A stretch of 32,000 nt of DNA, from assembly GCF_035285525.1 (NCBI RefSeq), contig NZ_JAYKGW010000052.1, positions 19,525 to 51,524 of the forward strand, in the 5' to 3' direction. The translations under genes and the position numbers were made by a program. Below are positions 18,262-27,375 of the stretch, in pieces; the first letter of the stretch is position 1; every line of letters begins with the position of its first letter. The stretch is from Okeania sp. (GTDB lineage: Bacteria; Cyanobacteriota; Cyanobacteriia; Cyanobacteriales; Microcoleaceae). The notes beneath the pieces are model-generated. The model was not told where the DNA came from. It saw only the letters and a list, made by a program, of their open reading frames with translations, and ran no database searches.

Positions 18262-19458
18262 TTGGCAGAATTTGACCGACCTATTTCCCAAAAAATTCTA
18301 GATATTACTAATAAAAAAAGAAGTAATTTATTTACCTGGAGAGGTCAATTTTCTCCAGAGCTAATCGAGACTATTCTCAAAGTTTATTGTTTACCAAATT
18401 CAGTTGTTCTCGATCCTTTTGCTGGTAGTGGAACTGTTTTATTAGAAGCTGGCTCTTTTTCTCTAGAAGCTTATGGATGTGATATTAATCCTGTCGCTTG
18501 GATTTTTGGGAAAATTTATGAGTTGATTAATCAACCTCAGAAAAAAGAACTTTTAAGTCAAGTAAGAAAAATTTTAGATAAAGAGTTTCCCATAAGAATA
18601 TTATTTGACCATGAAAAAGAGGTTGAATGTTTACCAGAAAAAGTTTCAAATGTTAGGGATAAATTAGATAAAAATGCCAAGGAAATATTTGATATTTTGA
18701 TAATTTTAGTTGATGGAGAAAAATCTAATATTACTAATGAGTTAATTCAAAGTAAATTTTATGAATTAGTAAAACTGATTCAAAATTTACCAAACTCCAG
18801 TAAAACGATAAAAGCTTATTTATCTGATGCCAGATTACTCCCGATTTCAGATAATAAAATAGATTTTGTTGTAACTTCACCACCTTATATTAATGTGTTT
18901 AATTATCATCAAAATTATAGAAAAGCTGCGGAAATGTTAGGATGGGATTTGCTCAAAATTGCTAAATCAGAAATTGGTTCAAATAGGGCAAATAGAGGAA
19001 ATCGTTTTTATACTGTGGTTCAATATTGTCTGGATATAGCAGAGACTTTAAAAGAGCTTTCAAGAGTATGCAAAAAAGATGCTCGTTTAGTTTTTGTTGT
19101 TGGGTATGAATCAAATGTATTAGGAGTTCCTTTTTATAATGCTGATATTATTGAGAGGATTGCTATTGAGTCTGGTTTGTATAGGAAAGTTTTAAGACAA
19201 AAGCGCAGTTTTAAAAATAAGTTTGGAAAAATTATTAGGGAAGATTTAATTAACTTCTACAATTTAAAACCAGAATTAACGATAGAGTTTATAGATAATG
19301 TAGCGAGAGAAGTTGCGATAGATGCTTTAAAAAATGCTATATCTGTAGTTTCAAGCCAAAATTATAAGTTGTTAGAAAATTCTATTGGAAAAGTTCCATA
19401 TTTAGAAAGAACGCCGAAGTTAAATTTACAGCAGATTCCCACGATAAAATCTTTGTAA
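18262..19458 (+). CDS. Site-specific DNA methyltransferase (amino-MTase; N4-cytosine or N6-adenine)
   Basis: The SAM-binding motif I is VLDPFAGSGTVLLEA near residue 50, and the catalytic motif IV is VVTSPPY near residue 205. The start is TTG, directly after in-frame TAA TAA, with AAGGA 11 nt upstream. The gene is visibly more AT-rich than its flanks. Confidence 0.8.
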   Translation: MAEFDRPISQKILDITNKKRSNLFTWRGQFSPELIETILKVYCLPNSVVLDPFAGSGTVLLEAGSFSLEAYGCDINPVAWIFGKIYELINQPQKKELLSQVRKILDKEFPIRILFDHEKEVECLPEKVSNVRDKLDKNAKEIFDILIILVDGEKSNITNELIQSKFYELVKLIQNLPNSSKTIKAYLSDARLLPISDNKIDFVVTSPPYINVFNYHQNYRKAAEMLGWDLLKIAKSEIGSNRANRGNRFYTVVQYCLDIAETLKELSRVCKKDARLVFVVGYESNVLGVPFYNADIIERIAIESGLYRKVLRQKRSFKNKFGKIIREDLINFYNLKPELTIEFIDNVAREVAIDALKNAISVVSSQNYKLLENSIGKVPYLERTPKLNLQQIPTIKSL

Positions 19459-19468
19459 TACAGGCATC

Positions 19469-20448
19469 TTGCCTGTGAGAGATGTACCTGAAAAGATCAA
19501 AAAAATTATTACCAAAAAAACAGTAAAAAATAAAATTATGCCTGAATTTACCCAACCACATTATTCAAAGTTAATAGCTTGTTTAAATAATCCTCGCTTA
19601 CCTGATTCTGACCGAGATAGATTAGAAGAAGCTATCAGGAAATACCATCACTGGATAGATGAATTAAAATTGGTTAAAAGTGGTCAAACTAATACTGTCT
19701 AAAAATTAGTAGCAGCTACAAATAAATACAAACGTTTTATTGAACTAGATTTAATATTTGATAGCTCAGAAAATTTTCTTTACAGACAGAAAGGACAATT
19801 AAAATTAGATAATACAATTTTAGAAGAGTTTTTACCTCAACTTGTATTCCGAAGCTTGCAAGGAATAGATGATTCTTTTGAGTTAGGTCCGAGAAATACA
19901 TTTTCTGGGCTGAGTTTTTGTCATCTTTAACTAATTCTGGTATAGGTGGTCAACCATCTATTAGGTCTAAAGATCAAGACTTTATTTTAGGCAAAAAATT
20001 ATACTTAAAAACATCTTTAGACGCAAATTTTCAAGATTATAAACTAATCGAATCCCACCTTGGTTATATATGTGCAGAATGCAAAACTAATTTAGATAAA
20101 ACCATGTTTCAAGAAGCAGTTGCTACTAGCAAAGATTTAAAAATAGCTGTTCCTGGTTCTCTATACTTTTTGATTTGTGAATTTCTAGATATGACACCAG
20201 TTTCTATTGTATCAACTCAGATTGATGATGTTTTAATAGTGCGTAAATCAAAGCGTCTTTCTGCTAATATTAGACAAGAACATAAAACACCGGAGGCAAG
20301 ACATATTCATAGACAAGAATATGCAGAATTTTTAGATGCTTCAAAATATTATCCTGATGTTTTTCAAAGGATGATTGATAAAATTCAAGTATTAATTGAT
20401 AATAGTAATCCATCTCTAAATAAAGTTTTAAATCAAGGGTATTTTTAA
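19469..20448 (+). pseudogene. Disrupted restriction-endonuclease-like gene (PD-(D/E)XK-like) in three pieces
   Basis: The likely start is the ATG at 19538 (MPEFTQPHYSKL...). An in-frame TAA lies at 19700..19702 and the same frame continues (KLVAATNKYKRFIELDLIFD...TFSGLSF). A +1-nt correction is needed between 19882 and 19927 to join the 176-codon ORF 19918..20448; adding one T to the T5 run at 19915..19919 gives LSFLSSLTNSG. That ORF carries ...QDFILG...GYICAECKTNLDK. Confidence 0.6.
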
Positions 20449-20558
20449 GTAAGTGTAATACCAATTTGTTAAAGCTTTATACTGAGTTTATCCCCCCAAC
20501 CCCCCTTGGTAAGGAGGGCTTAAGAATTAAGATTTGTTTTTTTTATTAAAAAGGTATA

Positions 20559-22340
20559 ATGTATCGTCAACCAACTATCTCATTCGATCGCGGCACTCTC
20601 ATTCTCCATCCCCCACCCCAGGGAAAAGCTTGGATAGACTACGCTACCTGGGATGACAGAGTAGAAAAATTCCGAGTCCGAGCCATAGACTATCGCCCTT
20701 TAGTGGAACTCTTAAAAGCAGAAAACATCAATTTTGTTGACAAAGCTAAAGAGTTTGCACCCCTAGAACTTATTCCTAGTTTCGAGATGCCACCCTATCC
20801 TCATCAGGAAGCTGCTTTGAAAGCTTGGAAACAGTCGGGTAGAAATGGAGTTGTGGTTCTCCCCACTGCTTCTGGGAAAACATATTTGGCACAACTGGCA
20901 ATGCAAGCGACTCCCCGCAGTACCCTGGTGGTTGTACCAACTCTCGACTTGATGCACCAATGGTATGCTCATTTAAACGCTGCTTTTCCTGACGTGGAGG
21001 TGGGGTTACTGGGAGGGGGTTCTAGGGATAAAACCCCCATTTTAGTCGCGACTTATGATAGTGCGACTATTCATGCGGAAGCGATCGGCAATAAATATGC
21101 TCTCTTAGTTTTCGATGAATGTCACCACTTACCTACTGATTTTTATCGGGTCATTGCTGAATATGCGATCGCTCCTTATCGTCTGGGTTTGACGGCAACT
21201 CCTAACCGTTCTGATGGTCGTCATTCGGACCTAGATCATTTAATCGGACCTACTGTTTTCAGCAAAACTCCGGAAGAGTTAGCGGGTGCTGCTTTAGCTG
21301 ACCATAAAATTGTACAAATAATGGTTAAACTTTCGGAACAGGAACGGCAAGAATATAACAATTTAATGACAATTAGAAACGACTTTTTAAAACAGGCAAA
21401 TATTAAATTAGGAGGGATGAATGGTTGGAAACATTTTGTTATAGCTAGTGCTCGTTCTGCTGCTGGTCGTCGAGCGATGTTAGCTCATCGTCAAGCTAAA
21501 GAAATTGCTCTTGGGACTGAGGGAAAGTTACGAACTCTTGCTAATTTATTGGCTCAACATTTCCCAGAACGGACTTTAATTTTTACAGCAGATAATGCTA
21601 CGGTTTATCGAATTTCTCGTGACTTTTTAATTCCAGCAATTACTCATCAAACTCCTGTGAAAGAACGCCATGAAGTTTTAAGTAAATTTCGGACTGGGGA
21701 ATATAAAACTATTGTTGCTTCTCATGTTTTAAATGAAGGTGTTGATGTGCCAGATGCGAGGGTAGCAATTATTTTGTCTGGTACGGGTAGCGAACGAGAA
21801 TATATTCAAAGATTGGGTCGAGTTTTGCGTCGAGGTAGCGATAAAAATAAGTTAGCAATTTTGTATGAAGTTGTGACTGAAAATACCACGGAGGAGCAAA
21901 CTTCTCGCAGACGGAGAGGTGGAATTAGGCGAAGAAAGTCGCCTCAAGCTGAAGATAAAAAACCGGAAAAATCGGCATTTCAGCAGTTAGAAATTGTGAG
22001 GCCGGAACCGGATTATGGAGTTAATAATCCGGCGGCTAAACTGGCTGCTGAACCAGGAGCAAAATACAGAAATGGGAAAACAAATAATGTCAAAAAATCT
22101 GTTAAATCTGAAGATAAAAAAACGGAAAAATCAGAAATTAAACAGTTAAAAATTATCAAACCAGAACTTAATTATGGAATTAATAATCCGGCTGCTAAAC
22201 TGGCTGCCGAACCAGGAGCAAAATATGGAAATGAGAAAAAAAATAATGTAAATAGTAGGGAAAATCAGTCAGAAATCAAAGAAGATAAAAATTTAGAATC
22301 AGGATTTAACAATGATATTAATTTAGAAGAATTTTTCTAA
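20559..22340 (+). CDS. SF2 DNA helicase, XPB/Rad25-like, with a duplicated C-terminal extension
   Basis: The N-terminus ISFDRGTLIL is like the XPB damage-recognition domain. Motif I is LPTASGKT, motif II is FDECHHL, motif III is LGLTATPNR and motif VI is QRLGRVLRRG. The C-terminal ~140 aa are two 53-aa repeats (nt 21951..22109 and 22110..~22260). Confidence 0.75.
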   Translation: MYRQPTISFDRGTLILHPPPQGKAWIDYATWDDRVEKFRVRAIDYRPLVELLKAENINFVDKAKEFAPLELIPSFEMPPYPHQEAALKAWKQSGRNGVVVLPTASGKTYLAQLAMQATPRSTLVVVPTLDLMHQWYAHLNAAFPDVEVGLLGGGSRDKTPILVATYDSATIHAEAIGNKYALLVFDECHHLPTDFYRVIAEYAIAPYRLGLTATPNRSDGRHSDLDHLIGPTVFSKTPEELAGAALADHKIVQIMVKLSEQERQEYNNLMTIRNDFLKQANIKLGGMNGWKHFVIASARSAAGRRAMLAHRQAKEIALGTEGKLRTLANLLAQHFPERTLIFTADNATVYRISRDFLIPAITHQTPVKERHEVLSKFRTGEYKTIVASHVLNEGVDVPDARVAIILSGTGSEREYIQRLGRVLRRGSDKNKLAILYEVVTENTTEEQTSRRRRGGIRRRKSPQAEDKKPEKSAFQQLEIVRPEPDYGVNNPAAKLAAEPGAKYRNGKTNNVKKSVKSEDKKTEKSEIKQLKIIKPELNYGINNPAAKLAAEPGAKYGNEKKNNVNSRENQSEIKEDKNLESGFNNDINLEEFF

Positions 22341-22374
22341 TTTGTAATAGTTTTCTGATCATCATTTTGTTGCC

Positions 22375-22413
22375 AGCATTCAGCCGTCAGCTAACAGTTA
22401 AAAGCTGAATGCT
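22375..22413. terminator. Hairpin between the convergent helicase and secreted-protein genes
   Basis: AGCATTCAGC (22375..22384) pairs with GCTGAATGCT (22404..22413), giving a 10-bp stem and a 19-nt loop. The T-tract that follows is weak (TACATTTTATTT). Confidence 0.4.
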
Positions 22414-22423
22414 TACATTTTAT

Positions 22424-23155
22424 TTAATTTTGGCAATACTTCTGATAAATATTGATGTAATTTCTGATAATATCTACAGCTCCTGGGCGCATATTTCTGT
22501 TTTCGGAACTAAACTCTTGTTCTACAGAATTAAAAGTTTGATAAACCTGACACCAACTATTCATACCACCACGAAAATACTTTTGCGCCACAACTAAGCT
22601 ATTTATTACAGCAACGGCAAAATCTTTTTCGTTCTCAGTTAATGCTTTATCTGTTAAATTTAAGGCATTTATTTCTAGTTCTTTATCCCTGATTTGGAAA
22701 TTTTCTTCAATGGCAAATCTTTGTCTAAATGCCAATAAATAACCTAATGATAATGCCTCTTCTGCTGTCAGAATAGAGGGAGTAATTTCTGTGTATTTAA
22801 TTCCATATTTAATAGATAGGTAGCCCAAATAAATTTCCGTATAATAATTATTATGAAACCAACCATTTTTTTTCACAGATGTCATAATTAACTGATTAAT
22901 AATTGCCACTCTAACATCATTAGAAAGATCGGGATCGCCTAAAGCGTTTATCGTTTTGATATCAAAGCCATCTTTAATAACGTGTTGCACAATTTCCACA
23001 TCTTGATAAGCTTCACCAAAAAACGTAGAAGTTAATGGACTATCTGCTAATGCTGGGGAAGTAGTTAATAAAAGGTGGAAACAGGTGACAGTAGCTCCTG
23101 TAATTCCCACAAAACTTAGTTTCATCAAATTTTTGAGATTTAACATAAATTCCAA
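22424..23155 (-). CDS. Hypothetical secreted protein
   Basis: It has a signal-peptide-like N-terminus, MKLSFVGITGATVTCFHLLLTTSPALA|DS. The true start may be the internal ATG at 23125. I recognise no family. Confidence 0.6.
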   Translation of the reverse strand: MEFMLNLKNLMKLSFVGITGATVTCFHLLLTTSPALADSPLTSTFFGEAYQDVEIVQHVIKDGFDIKTINALGDPDLSNDVRVAIINQLIMTSVKKNGWFHNNYYTEIYLGYLSIKYGIKYTEITPSILTAEEALSLGYLLAFRQRFAIEENFQIRDKELEINALNLTDKALTENEKDFAVAVINSLVVAQKYFRGGMNSWCQVYQTFNSVEQEFSSENRNMRPGAVDIIRNYINIYQKYCQN

Positions 23156-23387
23156 TCCTGAATACTTCTAATTCATATTTTAACAAACTCTTTTTTTAGT
23201 TATCAGTTATCAGTAAGGAAGAAGGAGGTAGTATCGGTAGAATTGAAGACCGTAGGGGTTTGGTCTCCAAACCCGCCACCGTTGGCAATGACAAATAATC
23301 ATGCACAGTTTGAGCTGTGTCAGTCCAGTAGGGATTTCCTAGTATTAGCTTAGAATATACCATACCCAAATTATTTTGGGTAGAAGC

Positions 23388-23720
23388 TCATTTTTCAGGA
23401 AATGCTTCTTTAGTAAAAACTTCTAAAACATTATAGTAAGTGGCAATAGCTATTTCTAAATTTTTAACAGGATTACCTTTGATGCGATCGCGATAAGTAT
23501 TGGCTAAATTCATTTTAGTGTTCCCATAAAATTATGAGTAATTATGGGGAGTAAAAATTTGCCAAGCTCTTTGATAATATTCAATTGATTTTTCCAAGTT
23601 TTCTTGGTGATCGCCACGCAGTCTTTCAGAGTAAATAAACCCTAAAGTATTTTGACTTTTTGTCCACTCTTTCGGAAATTTTTCTTTTGTGAAAATTTCT
23701 AAAGAAACTTCTTTATTAAC
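23388..23720 (-). pseudogene. Two short remnants of a TPR-repeat protein gene
   Basis: 23388..23513 reads MNLANTYRDRIKGNPVKNLEIAIATYYNVLEVFTKEAFPEK*. 23532..23720 reads ...EIFTKEKFPKEWTKSQNTLGFIYSERLRGDHQENLEKSIEYYQRAWQIFTPHNYS*. Both match the TPR unit typical of cyanobacterial CHAT/NB-ARC-TPR proteins (N.G..Y..R..G....NLE.AI..Y..AL.v.T.E.FP..WA). They are in different frames and no full gene is present. Confidence 0.6.
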
Positions 23721-23878
23721 TCAAAAAACTCAATCAAGTCCTAGTTGTTGTCCCACCTCCTCCATAGAAATGGAATGAAACCTTCTGCTTCTTATTGGGC
23801 AAGCGATCGCTACACCAACATTTCTTCAATTTCTGGCAAAACCTCCACTAAAGCAGGAGCAAAAGAAGAAAAAAATCT

Positions 23879-24015
23879 GGTAGTGGCGCGTCCAGCTTGA
23901 AAATGTGAGGCGCAAAACCTAACCCCCCAACCCGCTTCCCAGAAGCGCTTTGGGGGAGAGGTCTTCACTTGTTGCTCGCTCCTAACCTACCATTCTAAGC
24001 TTGACACGCCACTAC
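23879..24015. mobile_element. 137-bp MITE with ~25-nt terminal inverted repeats
   Basis: The left end is GTAGTGGCGCGTCCAGCTTGAAAATG. The reverse complement of the right end is GTAGTGGCGTGTCAAGCTTAGAATG. The interior holds CCTAACCCCCCAACCC...GGGGGAGAGG, a motif that recurs in part at 20493..20520. It has no ORF and sits 28 nt downstream of the kinase stop. Confidence 0.65.
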
Positions 24016-24042
24016 GTTTACAAAAACAACTTCTGCCTTCTC

Positions 24043-25863
24043 CTAGAAACCCAACCTGCGCAAAATAGGAATCACAATATAGTGACTCACACCCAGACAA
24101 AAACCACTAACACAACCTAACAAACTGAAAAAAGCGATACTCCCAAAAAACTGTAATAAATTAGGTTGATTTTGATTCAGAAAAATAAACCTTAAAAATA
24201 ACTTGGGAAATATATCTAATTGTTCCAAACCAACAAAAATGATCGCTGTCAAACCAGTAACCAACAACCCATAAACCAAACGATCCTTCTTTAAACCCAA
24301 ACCCAAAGTAGTAAAACCAGTTGCGATCCCCACAGACAACTTACCCATCACTTCTAAAATAATTAAATCCTCTGTTGTCGTGTAAACACTGCTAGCAGCT
24401 TGAGAAAATTGCCAACATAACCTACCCAAAACATAACCTGTCATTCCCATCAATGCAGCTGGCAAATAATGACGACGCTGACCAAAACTTCCCACATCAG
24501 TTAAACCAACTCCCATTCCCAAACCTGCTAAACCAAAAACTATGATTTCCCGACTAATGCTCAAAGGAACATCTGATACCACCAACCAATAATTAGTAAA
24601 TATATCAGAAAAGCGATCGCCAACTCCAGACCAATAAGCTAAAATTAACCCAAATATCGCTCCCACACCGCCCCCAACTCCTCCCACGATCATTCCCCAA
24701 GTTGTATCAACAGAACCTGCAACTATTTGATTAACAACTTGGAAGAAAATGCGATAAAGTCTACCAATATTCTCCCCCAAAGTGAGCAACTGAGGCTGCA
24801 ATAAATTTTGCACTTTTGCCCAAACAGCAGATATTCCCAGAGACCTCCTTTCCTGTCGATAAATTTTAGCCAAACGGACTTGAACTTCTGCTGCGGTAGC
24901 TGGTCGTTGGGCGGCATCTAAACGAACCATATCATCTAACAAGTCAGCCAAAGCTGGATTAACAGGTTTTAACTCTCGCCATTTCAGTTCACCAGTAGAG
25001 GGGTCTTCCAGTTCCGCTGGATATTGACCAGTTAATAAATGAATAAAAGTGCGACCTAAAGCATAAAAATCTGTAAAAGGACCTATTTCCTCTCCAGTAA
25101 TTTGTTCTGGGGGACTATATCCAGGAGAAATTAACCGAGTTGTACTGCGTTGGGCCACAGTTTCTCTAGGTTGAATTTTATAATTATCTATTTGTTTGAC
25201 TCCGCCAAAGTCAATAATTACTAATTGACCTTGATTTTTTCTTTGATGATGAAAAAAGCTCCGGGATAATTTTGTTAGGGAAGAAACTTCCACTCCTCGC
25301 AACATTAAATTAGATGGTTTAATATCTCTGTGGATAATTTTCCGGCGGTGCAGTTCCAATAAAATTTGTACAGCTTGAAAAAGCCAGTCAATGACAAAAA
25401 TATCAGGACATCCTTGGGGGTGTTTTTCTACTATATCTTCTAGGGTACAACCATCTATTTTTTCCATAACCAGGCAGGGTAAAAATAGTTGGTTAGAATG
25501 GCCATTTGCTGAGTGACTATTTCGCCTGCGGAGGTAAAAATAGTTGTCTGGTTCTACTTTGGGAATACCTGAATGATTTAAGCTAGCTAACACTGAAGCT
25601 TCTTGGTCGAATAGTTCCAGAGCTTTAGGGGAAGTTTCGACTAATACTTTGAGAATACGCTCGGTTTGGTTTTTTTTGTCCCAAACAGTGTATATTTTAG
25701 CAAATCCACCTGTACTGATTCGTCGCAAGGGTATATAGCGATCGTTTAGTAGAAGCGGAGTTCCACAACTTTGACAAAATTTATTCCCCCATGCCTGGAT
25801 TGGATTTGGACAATGGGGGTTTATACAACGGATTTTTGATGATAGGGACTGATGCACAACCAT
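24043..25863 (-). CDS. Ser/Thr protein kinase with an N-terminal 4-Cys zinc ribbon and a polytopic membrane C-terminal domain
   Basis: The Cys motif is CINPHCPN...CQSCG. The kinase motifs are HRDIKPSNLML, IIDFGG and GYSPPEQ. At least six hydrophobic segments follow about residue 385 (for example GMIVGGVGGGVGAIFGLILAYW and LVYGLLVTGLTAIIFVGL). Confidence 0.88.
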   Translation of the reverse strand: MVVHQSLSSKIRCINPHCPNPIQAWGNKFCQSCGTPLLLNDRYIPLRRISTGGFAKIYTVWDKKNQTERILKVLVETSPKALELFDQEASVLASLNHSGIPKVEPDNYFYLRRRNSHSANGHSNQLFLPCLVMEKIDGCTLEDIVEKHPQGCPDIFVIDWLFQAVQILLELHRRKIIHRDIKPSNLMLRGVEVSSLTKLSRSFFHHQRKNQGQLVIIDFGGVKQIDNYKIQPRETVAQRSTTRLISPGYSPPEQITGEEIGPFTDFYALGRTFIHLLTGQYPAELEDPSTGELKWRELKPVNPALADLLDDMVRLDAAQRPATAAEVQVRLAKIYRQERRSLGISAVWAKVQNLLQPQLLTLGENIGRLYRIFFQVVNQIVAGSVDTTWGMIVGGVGGGVGAIFGLILAYWSGVGDRFSDIFTNYWLVVSDVPLSISREIIVFGLAGLGMGVGLTDVGSFGQRRHYLPAALMGMTGYVLGRLCWQFSQAASSVYTTTEDLIILEVMGKLSVGIATGFTTLGLGLKKDRLVYGLLVTGLTAIIFVGLEQLDIFPKLFLRFIFLNQNQPNLLQFFGSIAFFSLLGCVSGFCLGVSHYIVIPILRRLGF

Positions 25864-26002
25864 CTATAATTATTCATCGGATTTATTTTTTTCTTCTAAC
25901 TCTTCTATTTCTTTTTCCAGAAAAAAGTTAAGAAAAGTACGGATCCCAGCAATAGCAGATAAATTACTAATATTATTCCAATTTGGGGATATGATTAATA
26001 TA

Positions 26003-26102
26003 CAACTTACGCAGGCGAACCCAGAAACCCGGTACGAGCGTGGATATTTATTGTCAAAAACAATGATTTACTGTAGAAACCTGGTTTCTTTGCATAACTC
26101 CT
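26003..26102. mobile_element. MITE-like ~100-bp element, same TIR type as 17936..18025
   Basis: The left end is CAACTTACGCA. The reverse complement of the right end is AGGAGTTATGCA. The interior holds the inverted pair AGAAACCCGGT / AGAAACCTGGTTTCT. Confidence 0.4.
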
Positions 26103-26767
26103 GTATTAATTAATAATTAATAATGGATAATTCATAATTATTGCTCTGCTGATTAAAGATAAGGGAACTCGGTTTTCGCATTTCAAATGAAAATACTAGG
26201 AATCATTGATCGTTAAGTAGGTAGATGCAAATAAACGTCACTATGTAACAAAATGTTAAGGCAGTTGAAAATCTACTCAAAGGTTTGGATTTACAAAAAT
26301 TTGTTTATATACTATATTTAGAGTTTTGACACATAAGTAACTTCCTCGACAACCCTTTTATCAACAAAAAGTAGTTGATGGGTTCCGAGTAGATGAGAGT
26401 GGAAAATTGGAGTAATTGCATAATTACTGATACAATTTCCCAACTTACTAGAAAGTCATACAGAAATCTTAAGCGATTTACTAATAGGGATCAAAAAAAT
26501 CCATAGTCATTGTATCACAACAATAGACTAGAGGAAAGTAAGAGGCCGGACTCAAAGGACGTGCCTCAAAATTATAGACCAAATATCCAGAATATAACTC
26601 AATCATATAGAAAAGTTATAAAATCATTATTTTTTGCTTTCTATACAAGTAGAATACTGTCAAATATTGATTAATGAATCCTGAAGGATATATCCCTAAG
26701 AAAAGCTAATTAACTAAACTAAATCGAAATCAAAATCAATCGAACCAACAAAAAAGGAAGTAAGACC

Positions 26768-27349
26768 ATGAAAATCAAAACCAAACTACATACTGATGCC
26801 GTTAAGGAAGCATTGCTTTCTTTGTCTGATATAGAATTTTATAATATTATTGAAGACTGGCTTGATAGAATAGCTCAAGATTCTTGGGAAGGAGAATTAT
26901 TAGATGAAATACAGTTTGCTTTAGGTTATGAATTAGAATCAAGAGAAACCCTAAAGTCTTATAAAAATTGGGATGAATTAATGTATGCTGAACCTGACTG
27001 TGAAAATGTATATTTAATTGCACCATCACCTTTAAAATTACGCAGACATTTAGATAGAATGGACTCACATTCTTTTTATCACAATGTAATCTATCTGGCT
27101 GGAAAAGCTTATGGTGATGGAGAGATAGGTAATCCACCAAATGCTTTTTGTGATGGTTATGAATTTATGGAAAATTTAGTTGCTAATCTGAGAAAAAATC
27201 AACCTGGTCCACAGAAAAGTTATTGTTTAGAAAGTTTACCATTTATAAATCAAATTCAGCCAAATGAACGGTTTTTTCAAATATCAGAACATTGGCGAAG
27301 CTATTGTGGAGGTAAGGTGACAGATTTTGTACTTTTAACTTCAAGTTAG
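26768..27349 (+). CDS. Hypothetical protein, 193 aa; no family recognised
   Basis: The ATG has AAGGAAG 8 nt upstream. The sequence is non-repetitive and a strong terminator follows about 100 nt downstream. A ~900-bp AT-rich non-coding region precedes it. Confidence 0.6.
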   Translation: MKIKTKLHTDAVKEALLSLSDIEFYNIIEDWLDRIAQDSWEGELLDEIQFALGYELESRETLKSYKNWDELMYAEPDCENVYLIAPSPLKLRRHLDRMDSHSFYHNVIYLAGKAYGDGEIGNPPNAFCDGYEFMENLVANLRKNQPGPQKSYCLESLPFINQIQPNERFFQISEHWRSYCGGKVTDFVLLTSS

Positions 27350-27375
27350 GAAGCAAGAAGGAAGGAGGAAGAAAG

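Noticed and set aside
20493-20545. Terminator between the nuclease remnant and the helicase (CCCCCCTTGGTAAGGAGGG and CTTAAGAATTAAG hairpins followed by T8)
   Set aside because: The stems are short or bulged and the GC-rich part is a fragment of a dispersed repeat. It is plausible but too weak to call. It is noted only as something that would bear on whether the helicase is co-transcribed with the R-M genes.
25871-26010. Open minus-strand frame ...SPNWNNISNLSAIAGIRTFLNFFLEKEIEELEEKNKSDE* just upstream of the kinase
   Set aside because: It has no ATG, GTG or TTG start within the non-repeat part, and the frame runs into the MITE-like element. It is below the track threshold and there is no RBS.
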